Positions 18,591 to 29,448 of a stretch of 64,000 nucleotides of DNA are shown piece after piece (positions within the stretch are counted from its first letter, which is position 1; each line of letters begins with the position of its first letter). The notes below the pieces were generated by a model, which saw only the letters and a list, made by a program, of their open reading frames with translations, did not search any database and had not been told where the DNA came from. The translations under genes and the position numbers were made by a program. This DNA comes from an uncultured Clostridium sp. GTDB lineage: Bacteria > Bacillota > Clostridia > Lachnospirales > Lachnospiraceae. The stretch lies in contig CAMWYM010000003.1 in NCBI GenBank assembly GCA_947178475.1, positions 3,358-67,357 on the forward strand, given 5' to 3'.

Positions 18591-19874
18591 CTACAAGTTA
18601 ATTAACCCTTTGTTCTCCAAACGGGCTAATGAACTCATAATACCAAGCTTTGCATGATGGTAAGAAAGACCGCCCTGAAAATAAACGGTATATGGTTCAT
18701 GCATAGGTGCATCTGCAGAAAGCTCAATCGATGCTCCGGAAATAAAGGTTCCCGCCGCCATAATAACATCACAGTCATAGCCGGGCATTGCCCACGGAGT
18801 GGGGGTTACATGGGAATCCACCGGAGAGGCATGCTGAATACCCTCGCAAAAGGCGATAACCTTTTCCGGGTCACGAAGGGTAACCGCCTGGATGATGTCA
18901 TGTCGTGGTTCTTTGCTGTCCGGTACACATTCAAAGCCGAGATGTTCATACAGATTTGCTGCAAAAACAGCCCCCTTTAAAGCTCCGTTTACCACCTGAG
19001 GTGCATGGAAAAGTCCCTGAAAAAAGTCCTTATTTACTCCCAAAGTTGCTCCTACTTCACTGCCAAGTCCCGGTGCTGTCAGCCGGTACCCCGCATTCTC
19101 CACGCACTCTTTTGTACCACAGATATAACCTCCAATAGGGGCAAGACCACCACCGGGATTTTTAATCAGTGAACCCACCACCATATCTGCGCCTACATTT
19201 GACGGCTCGGTTAGCTCAACAAATTCTCCGTAACAGTTGTCAACCATGCAGCAAATATCCGGTTTGATTTTTTTGATAAAAGCAATCAGCTCTCCAAGCT
19301 GCTTTACACTGAACGAGGGCCTGGTAAGGTATCCCTTAGAACGCTGTATGGTCATCATTTTTGTTTTTTCTGATATGGCATTTTCTATAGCCGGATAGTC
19401 AAAGGTGCCGTCTTCTAACAGCTCCACCTGCTTATACGTAACCCCGTATTCTGCTAAAGAACCCTTCGACGGACGGATTCCGATTATCTCCTCCATAGTA
19501 TCATAGGGCTTTCCCACTGGTGAGATCAGCTCATCACCAGGGCGCAGATTAGCTGACAGGGCAACGGCCAGAGCATGGGTACCACAGGTTATCTGGGAGC
19601 GCACCAATGCCGCCTGCGTTCCAAATATTTCTGCATATACTTTTTCTAGTGTTTCCCGTCCGATATCATTATATCCATAACCGGTGGTTGGCGCCAAATG
19701 TGCCTCCGATACACGGTGCTTGTGCATTGCATGTAATACCTTAAGCTGATTACACTCGGTTATGCGGTCAATTTCTTCAAAACGTTCCTTTAATTTCAGC
19801 TCTATTTCACTGCACAATCCGTATACTCTCGGGGAAATCCCCATTTGCTCATAAGCCTGTGACAATCTATCCAT
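18591..19874 (-). CDS. Methionine gamma-lyase-family PLP enzyme (YnbB / 'aluminium resistance protein' family)
   Basis: 427 aa. The N-terminus ..ECNQLKVLHAMHKHRVSEAHLAPTTGYGYNDIGRE.. is typical of YnbB-like proteins, and it lies downstream of miaA as in Bacillus. Confidence 0.75.
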   Translation of the reverse strand: MDRLSQAYEQMGISPRVYGLCSEIELKLKERFEEIDRITECNQLKVLHAMHKHRVSEAHLAPTTGYGYNDIGRETLEKVYAEIFGTQAALVRSQITCGTHALAVALSANLRPGDELISPVGKPYDTMEEIIGIRPSKGSLAEYGVTYKQVELLEDGTFDYPAIENAISEKTKMMTIQRSKGYLTRPSFSVKQLGELIAFIKKIKPDICCMVDNCYGEFVELTEPSNVGADMVVGSLIKNPGGGLAPIGGYICGTKECVENAGYRLTAPGLGSEVGATLGVNKDFFQGLFHAPQVVNGALKGAVFAANLYEHLGFECVPDSKEPRHDIIQAVTLRDPEKVIAFCEGIQHASPVDSHVTPTPWAMPGYDCDVIMAAGTFISGASIELSADAPMHEPYTVYFQGGLSYHHAKLGIMSSLARLENKGLINL

Positions 19875-19917
19875 ATGTTCTCCTCAAAACCTTCCTTTTT
19901 GTTATTTTATAGGTAAT

Positions 19918-20865
19918 TTAATCTGTGATAATCCCTTTATCCCGCATGCATTTATACATAAAGAAAAGCATTTCCTCCTCAGATGCATATTCCGGTCTGT
20001 TTATCCAAATCACATCCGGCTCCCTTCGAAACCATGTAAGCTGTCTTTTTGCAAAATGGCGGGTATCTCTCTTTAAAATATAAACAGCATCCTCCAGTGA
20101 ACACTCCCCTTTGAGATAAGAAATCATTTCCTTATAGCCCAGTCCCTGCATGGAAATCATATCCGGTGTACAGCCATAATCAAGGAGGCTCTTCACCTCC
20201 TCCACCAGTCCCTGCTCCAGCATAAGTTCAATCCTTTTTTCTATGCGGTCATAGAGGATTGTCCGGTCATCATTCAATACAAAATAGACAAACTGATAAG
20301 GCGATTCCTTACTTCTTTGCTCCTTGTTATGCTGTGAAATGGGATAACCAGTATCATGGTAAAACTCCAGCGCACGAATCACCCTTTTTACGTTATTCTC
20401 ATGAATCTCCCTATAGGAAACCTCATCAATATCCTTCAATCGCTGATGCAGCTCGTGGGCACCATGCTGCTCATAGTACTCCGTCAGCTCCATCCGGTAA
20501 TCAGAAACCTCCGTATTCTCAAAGAGAATATCGTACAGGATGGACTGAATATAAAATCCGGTTCCCCCGGCAATAATCGGAATTTTCCCTTTTTGATAAA
20601 TGTCTTCTAATGCCCTCTTGGCCATTGCCTGAAAGGTTACCACATTAAATTCCTCTTTCGGGTCCAATACATCAATTAAATGATGTGGTATCCCCTGCAT
20701 CTCCTCCGGCTTAATTTTTGCCGTACCAATATCCATCATGCGGTATACCTGCATGGAATCCGCAGAAATAATCTCCCCATTTACCGCTTTTGCCATCTGC
20801 AGGGAAAGTGCAGTTTTGCCAACAGCGGTAGGACCGGTTATAACTACCATCGGCTTCTTTTTCAT
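19918..20865 (-). CDS. miaA: tRNA dimethylallyltransferase
   Basis: MKKKPMVVITGPTAVGKT (P-loop), ..SADSMQVYRMMDIGTAK.., ..GGTGFY.. The track start at 20910 is a TTG, so I prefer the ATG at 20865. Confidence 0.9.
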   Translation of the reverse strand: MKKKPMVVITGPTAVGKTALSLQMAKAVNGEIISADSMQVYRMMDIGTAKIKPEEMQGIPHHLIDVLDPKEEFNVVTFQAMAKRALEDIYQKGKIPIIAGGTGFYIQSILYDILFENTEVSDYRMELTEYYEQHGAHELHQRLKDIDEVSYREIHENNVKRVIRALEFYHDTGYPISQHNKEQRSKESPYQFVYFVLNDDRTILYDRIEKRIELMLEQGLVEEVKSLLDYGCTPDMISMQGLGYKEMISYLKGECSLEDAVYILKRDTRHFAKRQLTWFRREPDVIWINRPEYASEEEMLFFMYKCMRDKGIITD

Positions 20866-20979
20866 TTCCAATCTATCCTTTATCTCATTACTTTGTATCA
20901 AAGTTGTCAACTCCCGTCATGCTCCTTATCCAAAATCCTTTTTCAAACAGTCAGATACCTGCTGTCACATAGAAATGCA

Positions 20980-22986
20980 TTAATTTTGAATCCGCTTAAA
21001 TTTCCTTTCCAGCTCCGTTCTGGTAAGGGCAATCATTGTCGGTCTGCCATGAGGACAGTTATATGGATTATCCAGAGTAAGCATTTCTTCTATCAGCTTA
21101 TCTGCCTCCATCAAAGTGATTTCCGTATTGCCCTTTATTGCCGCCTTACAGGCCATACCTGACAGCTTTTCCACAAAGAAATCCAGACTGATTTTCCCTA
21201 CATCTTCCGTAAGGGCATTCAACAGCGCATCAAACAATGCCTGTGGGTCTACGCCCATTATATCATCGGGCATGGCACGGACCACAATGGAATCATCTCC
21301 AAAATCCTCTAAATCAAAACCGGTCTGTTGAAATAATTCCATTTTATTCATCACTATCTCATATTCCACACTGTCTAAATGCAGTACCTTCGGTGGCAGC
21401 AGCTGCTGGGAAATCACCTGCTTCTCATTCATCTGTCTCATCAGCCGTTCAAACATAACCTTCTCGTGGGCAGCGTGCTGGTCAACAATATACATCTTTT
21501 CGTCATATTCAATTATCCAGTACGTCTTAAACACCTGTCCCACCATACGATGCCTCTTTCTCGCCTCCTCGGAAATAAATTTTTCCACAGGAAGGGAAAG
21601 CTGTTCCCTGACTTCCACTGGTGTTTCCTCTAACGGGGCATTATCCGGACTACCATCAGCTGCCGGTACGTTCTGTGATAAAATATTATCCTGCCTACCA
21701 CAATCTTCTTTCATATTCCGTGATAAAAGATTATCCTTCTTACCGCTATCCTCCTGCATATCCCGTATGTCTCTGTCTGCCAGTTTGCTTTTGTCTGCTG
21801 TTTTGTCACTCTCTGCCTTTTCATCTGCAGACTTCACCTTCTCCTGTCTCTCAGGCTGACGGTCGGTGAGAGCCTGACGGTAACGAACCGTCCTCGCTTC
21901 CTTCTCAAAGGGTTCTGGTACATTTAACGTGTTTCTCCGCTGCTGTTCCACTGTGATAGCACGTTCTTCCTTTGCCGTGCGCAGTGAAACATCCTGAATC
22001 ATCTCCTCACTGAGCAATGCCCTGCGCACACTATCCTTTACAAACTCAAACAGCTTTTCTCCGTCTGCATACTTAAACTCCATCTTTGTTGGGTGGACAT
22101 TTACGTCCAGCTTTGTACTGTCAAGAGTAAAATGCAGAGCAGTAAACGGAAACTTATGAATCATCACAAAGGATTTATAGGCTTCCTCAATGGCTTTTGT
22201 CACAATATTGCTGCGGATATATCTTCCATTTACAAAATAATGTTCAAAGCTTCTGTTCCCTTTGGATACATAAGCCTTGCCGATATATCCCTCAACGGCA
22301 TACTCCCCAGAGGCTCTCTTTACCGGAAGCAGATTTGAAGCTACATCCCTTCCATAAATATGATAAATGACATCTGCAAGCTTCCCATTGCCTGATGTAG
22401 CAATTTTGTTACTGCCGTTAAGAATATATTTAAAGGAAACCTCCGGATGGGAAAGGGCAAGCCTTGTCACCAGCTCTGTCACATAACCGCCCTCTGTCAT
22501 GGCTGTTTTTAAAAATTTTTTTCTTGCCGGCACATTATAAAAAAGGTTGCGAACAATAATTGTAGTACCTGCAGGCGCACCGATTTCCTCTCTGGCAATT
22601 TCTGTGCTTCCATAGATCTCATAGCGGATTCCCGTAAGTGCATGGGGCGTTTTAGTGATACATTCCACCTGTGACACTGCTGCAATACTGGCCAAAGCCT
22701 CTCCTCTGAAGCCCAGAGAGCTTATGCTTAGCAAATCCTCTATTGTCATAATTTTACTGGTTGCATGACGAACAAAGGCCGTCGGAACATCCTCTTTTTC
22801 GATTCCCTGCCCGTTATCGGTAATACGGATAAAATTTGTTCCTCCCTCCTTAATCTCAACGGTGACCGCCGTTGCCCCGGCATCTATGGCATTTTCTACC
22901 AGCTCCTTCACCACTGAAGATGGACGTTCCACCACTTCGCCTGCTGCAATCTTATTTATTGTTGATTGATCCAAAACCTTTATCAT
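20980..22986 (-). CDS. mutL: DNA mismatch repair protein MutL
   Basis: 668 aa with the GHKL ATPase N-terminus (..INKIAAGEVVERPSSVVKELVENAIDAGA..) and C-terminal dimerisation/endonuclease motifs (..DQHAAHEKV.., ..CPHGRP..). Confidence 0.95.
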   Translation of the reverse strand: MIKVLDQSTINKIAAGEVVERPSSVVKELVENAIDAGATAVTVEIKEGGTNFIRITDNGQGIEKEDVPTAFVRHATSKIMTIEDLLSISSLGFRGEALASIAAVSQVECITKTPHALTGIRYEIYGSTEIAREEIGAPAGTTIIVRNLFYNVPARKKFLKTAMTEGGYVTELVTRLALSHPEVSFKYILNGSNKIATSGNGKLADVIYHIYGRDVASNLLPVKRASGEYAVEGYIGKAYVSKGNRSFEHYFVNGRYIRSNIVTKAIEEAYKSFVMIHKFPFTALHFTLDSTKLDVNVHPTKMEFKYADGEKLFEFVKDSVRRALLSEEMIQDVSLRTAKEERAITVEQQRRNTLNVPEPFEKEARTVRYRQALTDRQPERQEKVKSADEKAESDKTADKSKLADRDIRDMQEDSGKKDNLLSRNMKEDCGRQDNILSQNVPAADGSPDNAPLEETPVEVREQLSLPVEKFISEEARKRHRMVGQVFKTYWIIEYDEKMYIVDQHAAHEKVMFERLMRQMNEKQVISQQLLPPKVLHLDSVEYEIVMNKMELFQQTGFDLEDFGDDSIVVRAMPDDIMGVDPQALFDALLNALTEDVGKISLDFFVEKLSGMACKAAIKGNTEITLMEADKLIEEMLTLDNPYNCPHGRPTMIALTRTELERKFKRIQN

Positions 22987-22998
22987 CTGTCAGACTCC

Positions 22999-24099
22999 TT
23001 ATTTCTTCTCACCGGATATCAAATCCGATATATCCCCAAACAGTCTTCTCTGTATTTCGGCAAACTGTTCCGGGAGCTCTGCTTTTATTTCCCTTCCCAA
23101 AAGTCTCTCCGGCAGCCTATCCTGTCCGATGGGGAAGGTAATGCTATAGGCATGTAATAACTGATTTTTTAATCCAAACTCCCTTTTTAACAAGCCATTA
23201 ACGCTCTTTAATCCGTATTTGCCATCTCCCACAACAGGATGTCCAATGGATTGCATATGCGCTCTGATCTGATGTGTTTTTCCGGTCACCAGCTTAACTT
23301 TAAGTAAAGTAAACTCTGTCTTTTCCAGCCGTCCATAGGAAATGGGTTCATATTCTGTCTCAATGAAGGCCGGTTTGTCCACTCCTGCGGTCTTTGCCTG
23401 CTCTAAGGTTTTATAGATAACAACCTGATGATGGGCAGCCTTCTTTGCCAGAAACCCTTTTATCGTACCGAAACCTTCAACCCTTCCGGTAACCACAGTC
23501 AGATAATACTTATCAAGGGTCCTCTCCTTTAACATAAGCGATAACACCTGTGACCCCTTAAGTGACATACCCGCTAATATAATTCCACTGGTATTGCGGT
23601 CAAGCCGATTGCACACTGATGGTGTAAACAATGGATTATCCATATGCTTCAGTCTATAGTAATCTACAATCCGTTCATTAAGGGAATAGTCTCCACGCTC
23701 TGCTTTCTGTGACAAAATTCCCACAGGCTTATTCAGAATCAAAACGTCTTCGTCCTCATAAAGAATCTCAATGCCTTCAAGAGGATTTGAAGGAGTGCTT
23801 ACCCCTGCTTTATTTAAAGCTGTCATGACACCACTATCCCCTGCAGGCTGCCCGTCTCCTTTTACAGGTACCCGGCCGTCCTTCCTAAACTCGGAAATAG
23901 TGTTATCCGCCATATATATCTGAACCGTATCGCCGGCACAAAGAAGCTCATTACCTGCAGCTCTTCCGTTATTTATTTTGATATTTTTTTTCCGAAGCAT
24001 CTTATACACAAAAGCTGACGGAGCCTTGTCTAAATATCTGTTCAGAAACTTGTTTAACCTCTGTCCTGCATCTGCTTCGGTAATTTTTATTTCCTGCAT
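22999..24099 (-). CDS. RluA-family pseudouridine synthase with S4 domain
   Basis: 366 aa with the catalytic NRLDRNTSG motif and ..GKTHQIRAH.. The substrate cannot be assigned from sequence alone. Confidence 0.8.
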   Translation of the reverse strand: MQEIKITEADAGQRLNKFLNRYLDKAPSAFVYKMLRKKNIKINNGRAAGNELLCAGDTVQIYMADNTISEFRKDGRVPVKGDGQPAGDSGVMTALNKAGVSTPSNPLEGIEILYEDEDVLILNKPVGILSQKAERGDYSLNERIVDYYRLKHMDNPLFTPSVCNRLDRNTSGIILAGMSLKGSQVLSLMLKERTLDKYYLTVVTGRVEGFGTIKGFLAKKAAHHQVVIYKTLEQAKTAGVDKPAFIETEYEPISYGRLEKTEFTLLKVKLVTGKTHQIRAHMQSIGHPVVGDGKYGLKSVNGLLKREFGLKNQLLHAYSITFPIGQDRLPERLLGREIKAELPEQFAEIQRRLFGDISDLISGEKK

Positions 24100-24146
24100 G
24101 TTTACCTCTTATTGCTTTACCAATAACCTGACTTTATACAACCAAA

Positions 24147-25529
24147 TTACATCCACCGCCAGCCGGGCAGATATTTATTCTTTATTGTGCCTCCTGTCAA
24201 CTTTCCGAACCCCAGTGGATATTGCTCTACACAAATCAGACAGATACCTTCCCTGCAGTCAGCTGTTTTTTCAGCTTCCAGCTCAATGGTCTCTCCCTTA
24301 AGATATCTTATCACTCTGTCATCATCCTCCCTTAGGTTAACTACATTTGGAAAATCTACGGCTTTTAGAAACATGGCAAGAGACTGGCTTGGTTCAAACC
24401 TGTTTTTCTTCATCTCTCCCATATAAAGTCCACAGCGCAGTATCCTCAGCCCTTTCACATACGGCATGTGTTCTGGAATATAGAAAACCCGTTCCTTTTG
24501 CACATCCATACGGGATAAATCAAAGGGATAGGACATAGACCGGATAAATGAAACGGCCTCTTTGCTAAGCTTCTCCTTTGAAAAGACATAAGCAGAATCC
24601 TTTCGGAGTTCTTCAGTGCAGGCATCTTTTTTCACCAGAGCAACAAAATGTCCCTCACCATTAATATGATGCGGCCAGAGCCGCCGGCATTTTTTAATAT
24701 CCGGATTATTGGTCAGTCCCCATTCCGGATGCCCGGTATCAAAGCCTTCAATCATTGGAAGCTCCTCCAAATGCAGAGAATCGTCCAGAGACAAGAGATA
24801 CTCAATGGACTGTTCGTTCTCCTCCTTGGAGAAGGTACAGGTAGAATAAATAAGCATTCCCCCGGGTCTTAACATAGCCACCGCCTCCTTTAATATAGTG
24901 CGCTGCAGCCCTGCGAACATCTCCACTCCATTATGCTCCCATGCTTTTATCATATTGTTCTGCTTGCGAAACATTCCTTCTCCTGAACAGGGAGCATCAA
25001 TCAATATTTTATCAAAAAAAGCAGGAAAACGTTTTGCTAATTCATTTGGCGGTTCACTGGTCACTAAAACATTCCCAGCGCCAAAAATCTCAATATTTTT
25101 AAGTAATGCCTTGGCTCTCGAGTTGCTGATATCATTAGAGACCAGAAGCCCGGTGCCATTGAGCTTTGCCGCCAGCTCCGTGGATTTCCCTCCTGGTGCA
25201 GCACATAAGTCCAATACTACATCTCCCTCCTCCACCGGAAGAAAACCAGCCGTAGTCATCGCCGACGGCTCCTGAATATAGTAAAGTCCTGCAAAATAAA
25301 AGGGGTGCTTGGCCGGCTTTTGCTCCTTGTCATAATAAAAACCGTTGGAGCACCACGGCACAGGCTTAAGTTCATAAGGGGATAATCTACAAAAATCCTC
25401 CACTGAAATCTTAGCGGTATTTACCCTAAGTCCCTGATAAGCCCCACACTCAAAAGAAGCCAGATAATTTTCATAATCTGGCCCCAACATTTCTTTCATT
25501 TTTTGTTCAAATATAACTGGTAATTCCAT
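24147..25529 (-). CDS. NOL1/NOP2/Sun-family rRNA m5C methyltransferase (RsmF/RsmB-like)
   Basis: ..LDLCAAPGGKS.., ..DAPCSGEGMFRK.., ..YSTCTFSKEENE.. The ATG at 25529 follows aggtga. The track start at 25559 is a GTG. Confidence 0.8.
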   Translation of the reverse strand: MELPVIFEQKMKEMLGPDYENYLASFECGAYQGLRVNTAKISVEDFCRLSPYELKPVPWCSNGFYYDKEQKPAKHPFYFAGLYYIQEPSAMTTAGFLPVEEGDVVLDLCAAPGGKSTELAAKLNGTGLLVSNDISNSRAKALLKNIEIFGAGNVLVTSEPPNELAKRFPAFFDKILIDAPCSGEGMFRKQNNMIKAWEHNGVEMFAGLQRTILKEAVAMLRPGGMLIYSTCTFSKEENEQSIEYLLSLDDSLHLEELPMIEGFDTGHPEWGLTNNPDIKKCRRLWPHHINGEGHFVALVKKDACTEELRKDSAYVFSKEKLSKEAVSFIRSMSYPFDLSRMDVQKERVFYIPEHMPYVKGLRILRCGLYMGEMKKNRFEPSQSLAMFLKAVDFPNVVNLREDDDRVIRYLKGETIELEAEKTADCREGICLICVEQYPLGFGKLTGGTIKNKYLPGWRWM

Positions 25530-25555
25530 CTTATCTTCACCTGTATCCCATCGGA

Positions 25556-26359
25556 TCACATCAGACTCTGTGCTTTATATCCCTCAGAAATAATATCAAG
25601 CTGTTTTGAGAAACGTTCTAACTGTTCTAAATTCTCTGTCTCATAAACCTTGTAAAATTCATCCTGAATCTTAAGTACCTCACGTTTACTGGCAACCTTA
25701 AACAAATTCTGAATATTAATCAGTATATCCGATACCAATGTCGCCTTAATCTGGAATATATTCTGTGCATCCATAATTTCATCCCGGACAGATCCCATTT
25801 CCTTATCCAACGTGATAATTGCATCAGAAGCCCGTAAAAGCTTTTCCTTAATATGCTCCGGCATATTCCCCTTATATTTGTACTGAAGGGAATGCTCGAT
25901 GGTTGCCCAAAAGTTCATGGCCAGGGTTCTTATCTGAATCTCTGCCTGAATACGCTTTGTACCGTCTAACGTATATACGTCATAATAAATAATCATATGA
26001 TAACTCTGGTAACCACTTTCCTTCATATTTGTAATGTAATCTTTTTCCTTGATAACCTCCATATCCGTGCGACTATGTATAATTTCCACCACTCTCTCTA
26101 TGTCCTCCACAAACTGGCACATTATGCGGATACCTGCCATATCTGAGATGCGGTCATCAATTTCTTCTATTGAAATGTTTTTCTTTTGCATTTTATCCAG
26201 AATACTGGATATCTTTTTCACCCGGCCTGTCACCTGTTCAATAGGGGAGTACAAACCGGCATTTCGATACTCCTCGATAATATGGTTAAATTTAACAACC
26301 AATTCATCTACCGCAAGACGGTAGGGATCAAGAATTTCGCGCCATAGCTGAATTTCCAT
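25556..26359 (-). CDS. Small alarmone synthetase (RelQ/RelP-type GTP pyrophosphokinase)
   Basis: 267 aa. It has the RelA/SpoT synthetase core ..DMAGIRIMCQF.., ..GYQSYHMII.., ..EIQIRTLAMNFWATIEHSLQYKY.. and no hydrolase domain. Confidence 0.85.
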   Translation of the reverse strand: MEIQLWREILDPYRLAVDELVVKFNHIIEEYRNAGLYSPIEQVTGRVKKISSILDKMQKKNISIEEIDDRISDMAGIRIMCQFVEDIERVVEIIHSRTDMEVIKEKDYITNMKESGYQSYHMIIYYDVYTLDGTKRIQAEIQIRTLAMNFWATIEHSLQYKYKGNMPEHIKEKLLRASDAIITLDKEMGSVRDEIMDAQNIFQIKATLVSDILINIQNLFKVASKREVLKIQDEFYKVYETENLEQLERFSKQLDIISEGYKAQSLM

Positions 26360-26503
26360 TATGCAGTTACACCACCCTTTAAAATTATATATCCTAATCT
26401 CACAACATCCCTAAACCATCACTATTTAAGGAATCTCTCTTGCGTACATCACTTACACAGTTGTAGTTATTGTATCACATTCCCATTAAAAAGGAAAGTA
26501 TTA

Positions 26504-27112
26504 CTAATAGCCAATTTCCAACAAAAAGGGATATGGATTGACACTCTGTTCATTTCCTTCAGTATCCTTAATATAAATTCCAAAGTGCAGATGTGTGTCA
26601 AATCTCCCTCTTGTTCCTTCCTCTCCCTCCCCGGTATTCCCCATAAACCCGAGAAGCTGTCCCGGCTGAATTTCCTTACCGGTTTCTATGCCTGCCGCAT
26701 AAGAATCCAGATGTGCATAATAGTAGTATATACCACTGTCAGAGGTTATTCCTATACGATAGCCGCCCAAATACAGCCAGCCAGCATTGGTTACCACTCC
26801 CCTTGTAGCACTGACAACCGGAATAGTGCCCGCCTGATTCTCCCTGTCCATGATATCACATCCCTCATGACCTCCATTTTCCCTTGCTGCACCATAGGAA
26901 TCTATATAGGTGATGCGATTCCGGTATCCTGTAGGAATGGGAAAGCATGACAGTTCCTCCCGGATTGCCTGCTCAGAGCTGCGAATGGTCTCTTTTTGAC
27001 GGCTGTTTTTATCTCCTAAAAAGTTAGTAAGCTGTCGCATGGAATTTATCCAGACCGATTCCAGCAACACCAATAGCACTATACCAAAAAATATCCGATA
27101 TCGGTAAAACAT
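26504..27112 (-). CDS. M23-family metallopeptidase with N-terminal membrane anchor
   Basis: ..HEGCDIM.. and ..DTHLHFGIY.. are the HxxxD and HxH zinc motifs. The ATG at 27112 follows aggaag. Confidence 0.8.
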   Translation of the reverse strand: MFYRYRIFFGIVLLVLLESVWINSMRQLTNFLGDKNSRQKETIRSSEQAIREELSCFPIPTGYRNRITYIDSYGAARENGGHEGCDIMDRENQAGTIPVVSATRGVVTNAGWLYLGGYRIGITSDSGIYYYYAHLDSYAAGIETGKEIQPGQLLGFMGNTGEGEEGTRGRFDTHLHFGIYIKDTEGNEQSVNPYPFLLEIGY

Positions 27113-27195
27113 AGACACTTCCTGCCTGCAACCTGTTATGCTCTCCTGAGTAGATTCCCGTAAAACAGCTTTTATCCTGCCTTATGTCAAAACAG

Positions 27196-28512
27196 CTACA
27201 ATGAATATTTAATCCGCTGAACAATATAATTTGCCTTTTCATAAATAGTCAGAGGATCCACATTCATCTGATAGACACCGTCCACATAGACAATCCTTCC
27301 CGCAATCATGGTCATGATTACATTGTCGTTGCTGCCACTATAGACCAGATTATTCAGTATATTATTCATTGGCTGCATATTGGGCTTTAACAAATCAATT
27401 AAAATTAAATCCGCCTGTTTTCCCTCAGCTATACTGTCACAATCGAATAGCCCAAGCATATGTGCACCGTTTACCACAGCCATACGAAGCACAGTTTCCG
27501 GTGAAACAGCCGCCGCATCATCATATTTTATTTTCTGCAGGGCAGCAGTCAGATACATTTCCTTAAAAAAGTTCAAATTATTATTACTTGCCGGACCGTC
27601 AGTTCCGATGGCAACAGAAATCCCGTTTTCCACGTATTCCTTTACCGGTGCAATTCCGCTGGCAAGCTTTAGATTAGAGGACGGATTAGTTACAACGTAA
27701 ATATTTTTTTTCTTTAAGATATCCATATCCTGTCTGGTGGTATACACTAAATGATGTCCCGCCCCGCCGTATTCAAACAATCCCTTCTCTTCCATGACCT
27801 GAAGCGGTGTTTTTTTATAGCGCTCAATACACTCCTCAACCTCTTTTTGAGTCTCACTGTTATGCATATAAACCGGTGCCTTATAATTCCGACTCAATGC
27901 GGCAATCTCCTCTAACAGCCTTGGACAGCAGCTATATTCCGAATGGAAGCCCAAACGATAATCCACCAAAGGATGACATTGATGAAAAGCTTCATAATCA
28001 TCCACAAGCGTCTTTACGGCACTATCTACTGCCGAATCCTCGGCACCGAATACCGTACCGGACAAAACTACCCTATACCCCATATCGATACAAGCCTTGG
28101 CAATCATCTCCGGATAGAAATACATTTCAAAACTGGTGGTGATACCACCCCGGACATATTCCAATATAGCCAGCTGCATTAAGGAATAAATGTCCTCCTC
28201 CGTCAGCTTGCCCTCAGCAGGAAATATTTTTGTATCCAGCCACTTTTTCAGGGGAAGATCGTCTGCATAAGAACGCAGAAAAGTCATCGGACCATGGGCA
28301 TGGCAGTTCTTAAAACCCGGCATAAGCAAATTTCCCATGCAGTCTATCTGCTGGTCAAAATATTCAGATTCTTCGTTCTCATCAAGCTCCGGCTGCCATT
28401 CTCCTTCTATCAACCTCTCTATTGTCTGGTCATTTATCCAGACCTCACCCTCAAAAATATCCTGTTGTTCCTGCATTGTCAGTATTCTTGCATGATATAA
28501 CCGTATCCTCAT
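27196..28512 (-). CDS. mtaD: Amidohydrolase, 5-methylthioadenosine/S-adenosylhomocysteine deaminase-like
   Basis: 438 aa with ..FKNCHAHGPMTFLRSYADDLPLKKWL.., ..HNSET.. and ..GTDGPASNNNLN.. motifs. Confidence 0.7.
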   Translation of the reverse strand: MRIRLYHARILTMQEQQDIFEGEVWINDQTIERLIEGEWQPELDENEESEYFDQQIDCMGNLLMPGFKNCHAHGPMTFLRSYADDLPLKKWLDTKIFPAEGKLTEEDIYSLMQLAILEYVRGGITTSFEMYFYPEMIAKACIDMGYRVVLSGTVFGAEDSAVDSAVKTLVDDYEAFHQCHPLVDYRLGFHSEYSCCPRLLEEIAALSRNYKAPVYMHNSETQKEVEECIERYKKTPLQVMEEKGLFEYGGAGHHLVYTTRQDMDILKKKNIYVVTNPSSNLKLASGIAPVKEYVENGISVAIGTDGPASNNNLNFFKEMYLTAALQKIKYDDAAAVSPETVLRMAVVNGAHMLGLFDCDSIAEGKQADLILIDLLKPNMQPMNNILNNLVYSGSNDNVIMTMIAGRIVYVDGVYQMNVDPLTIYEKANYIVQRIKYSL

Positions 28513-28599
28513 CGCTTATCCCCCAATCCCCGCTTAAGTTTGTCACCAACGGTCGCAAAATGGAGGTTGATGACCTATGTAAGCTTCAGCGAGCTTCCT

Positions 28600-29421
28600 T
28601 TACATTTTTGAAATAGACATTTTTACTAATGCCTGAAATTTTGGTGCAACTCTGTCTGCTGCCTCTTTTACCTCCTCATGACTAAGAGGGGTGTCTGAAA
28701 TTCCTGCAGCTAAATTAGAGATAAAGGAAATACCGCATACCTTCATTCCCATATGTCTTGCAGCAACAGCCTCCACAGTAGTACTCATTCCCACTGCCGA
28801 AGCTCCAAGCATCTTACACATACGAATTTCCGCCGGTGTCTCAAAGCTTGGACCAGTCAACTGCACATAAACACCTTCTCTTAACGGGATTCCCAGCTCC
28901 CTGCTGCTCAGACGAATGAGCTCCCTTAATTCTTTATGATAAATCTCGCTCATATCCGGAAAACGCACTCCCAGTGTCTCTTCATTTTCTCCAATCAGCG
29001 GATTAGGAACAAAGCATGAGATATGATCCGTTATCAACATTAAATCTCCACACTCAAATCCGTCACCAAGACCTCCGGCAGCATTGGTCAAAAATAAAAT
29101 TTCTGCTCCCATGGCACACATTAACCGCACCGGAAGCACCACATCCTCCATAGAATATCCCTCATAATAGTGCACCCGTCCCTGCATTGCCACTACCGGT
29201 GTTGTCTCCACATAACCAAAAACAAAGCGTCCCTTATGACCAGCAACCGTTGACTGCGGAAATCCACTAATCTCCGAATAATCCAAATAATCCACCACAT
29301 GAATCTGCTCGGCAAAATCCCCTAAGCCAGATCCCAGAATCAGCGCCACTCTTGGAACAAAATCCGTTCTTTTTCTTACCTGCTCCAGACAATCTGTCAC
29401 CCTGTCTGCAATTTTTCCCAT
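28600..29421 (-). CDS. punA: Purine nucleoside phosphorylase (PunA/PNP-I type)
   Basis: 273 aa with ..ILGSGLG.., ..GHKGRFVFG.., ..GRVHYYEGY.. and ..GMSTTVEAVAARH.. motifs. Confidence 0.85.
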   Translation of the reverse strand: MGKIADRVTDCLEQVRKRTDFVPRVALILGSGLGDFAEQIHVVDYLDYSEISGFPQSTVAGHKGRFVFGYVETTPVVAMQGRVHYYEGYSMEDVVLPVRLMCAMGAEILFLTNAAGGLGDGFECGDLMLITDHISCFVPNPLIGENEETLGVRFPDMSEIYHKELRELIRLSSRELGIPLREGVYVQLTGPSFETPAEIRMCKMLGASAVGMSTTVEAVAARHMGMKVCGISFISNLAAGISDTPLSHEEVKEAADRVAPKFQALVKMSISKM

Positions 29422-29448
29422 AATAACTCTCCTCTTATCTCATCTGCC

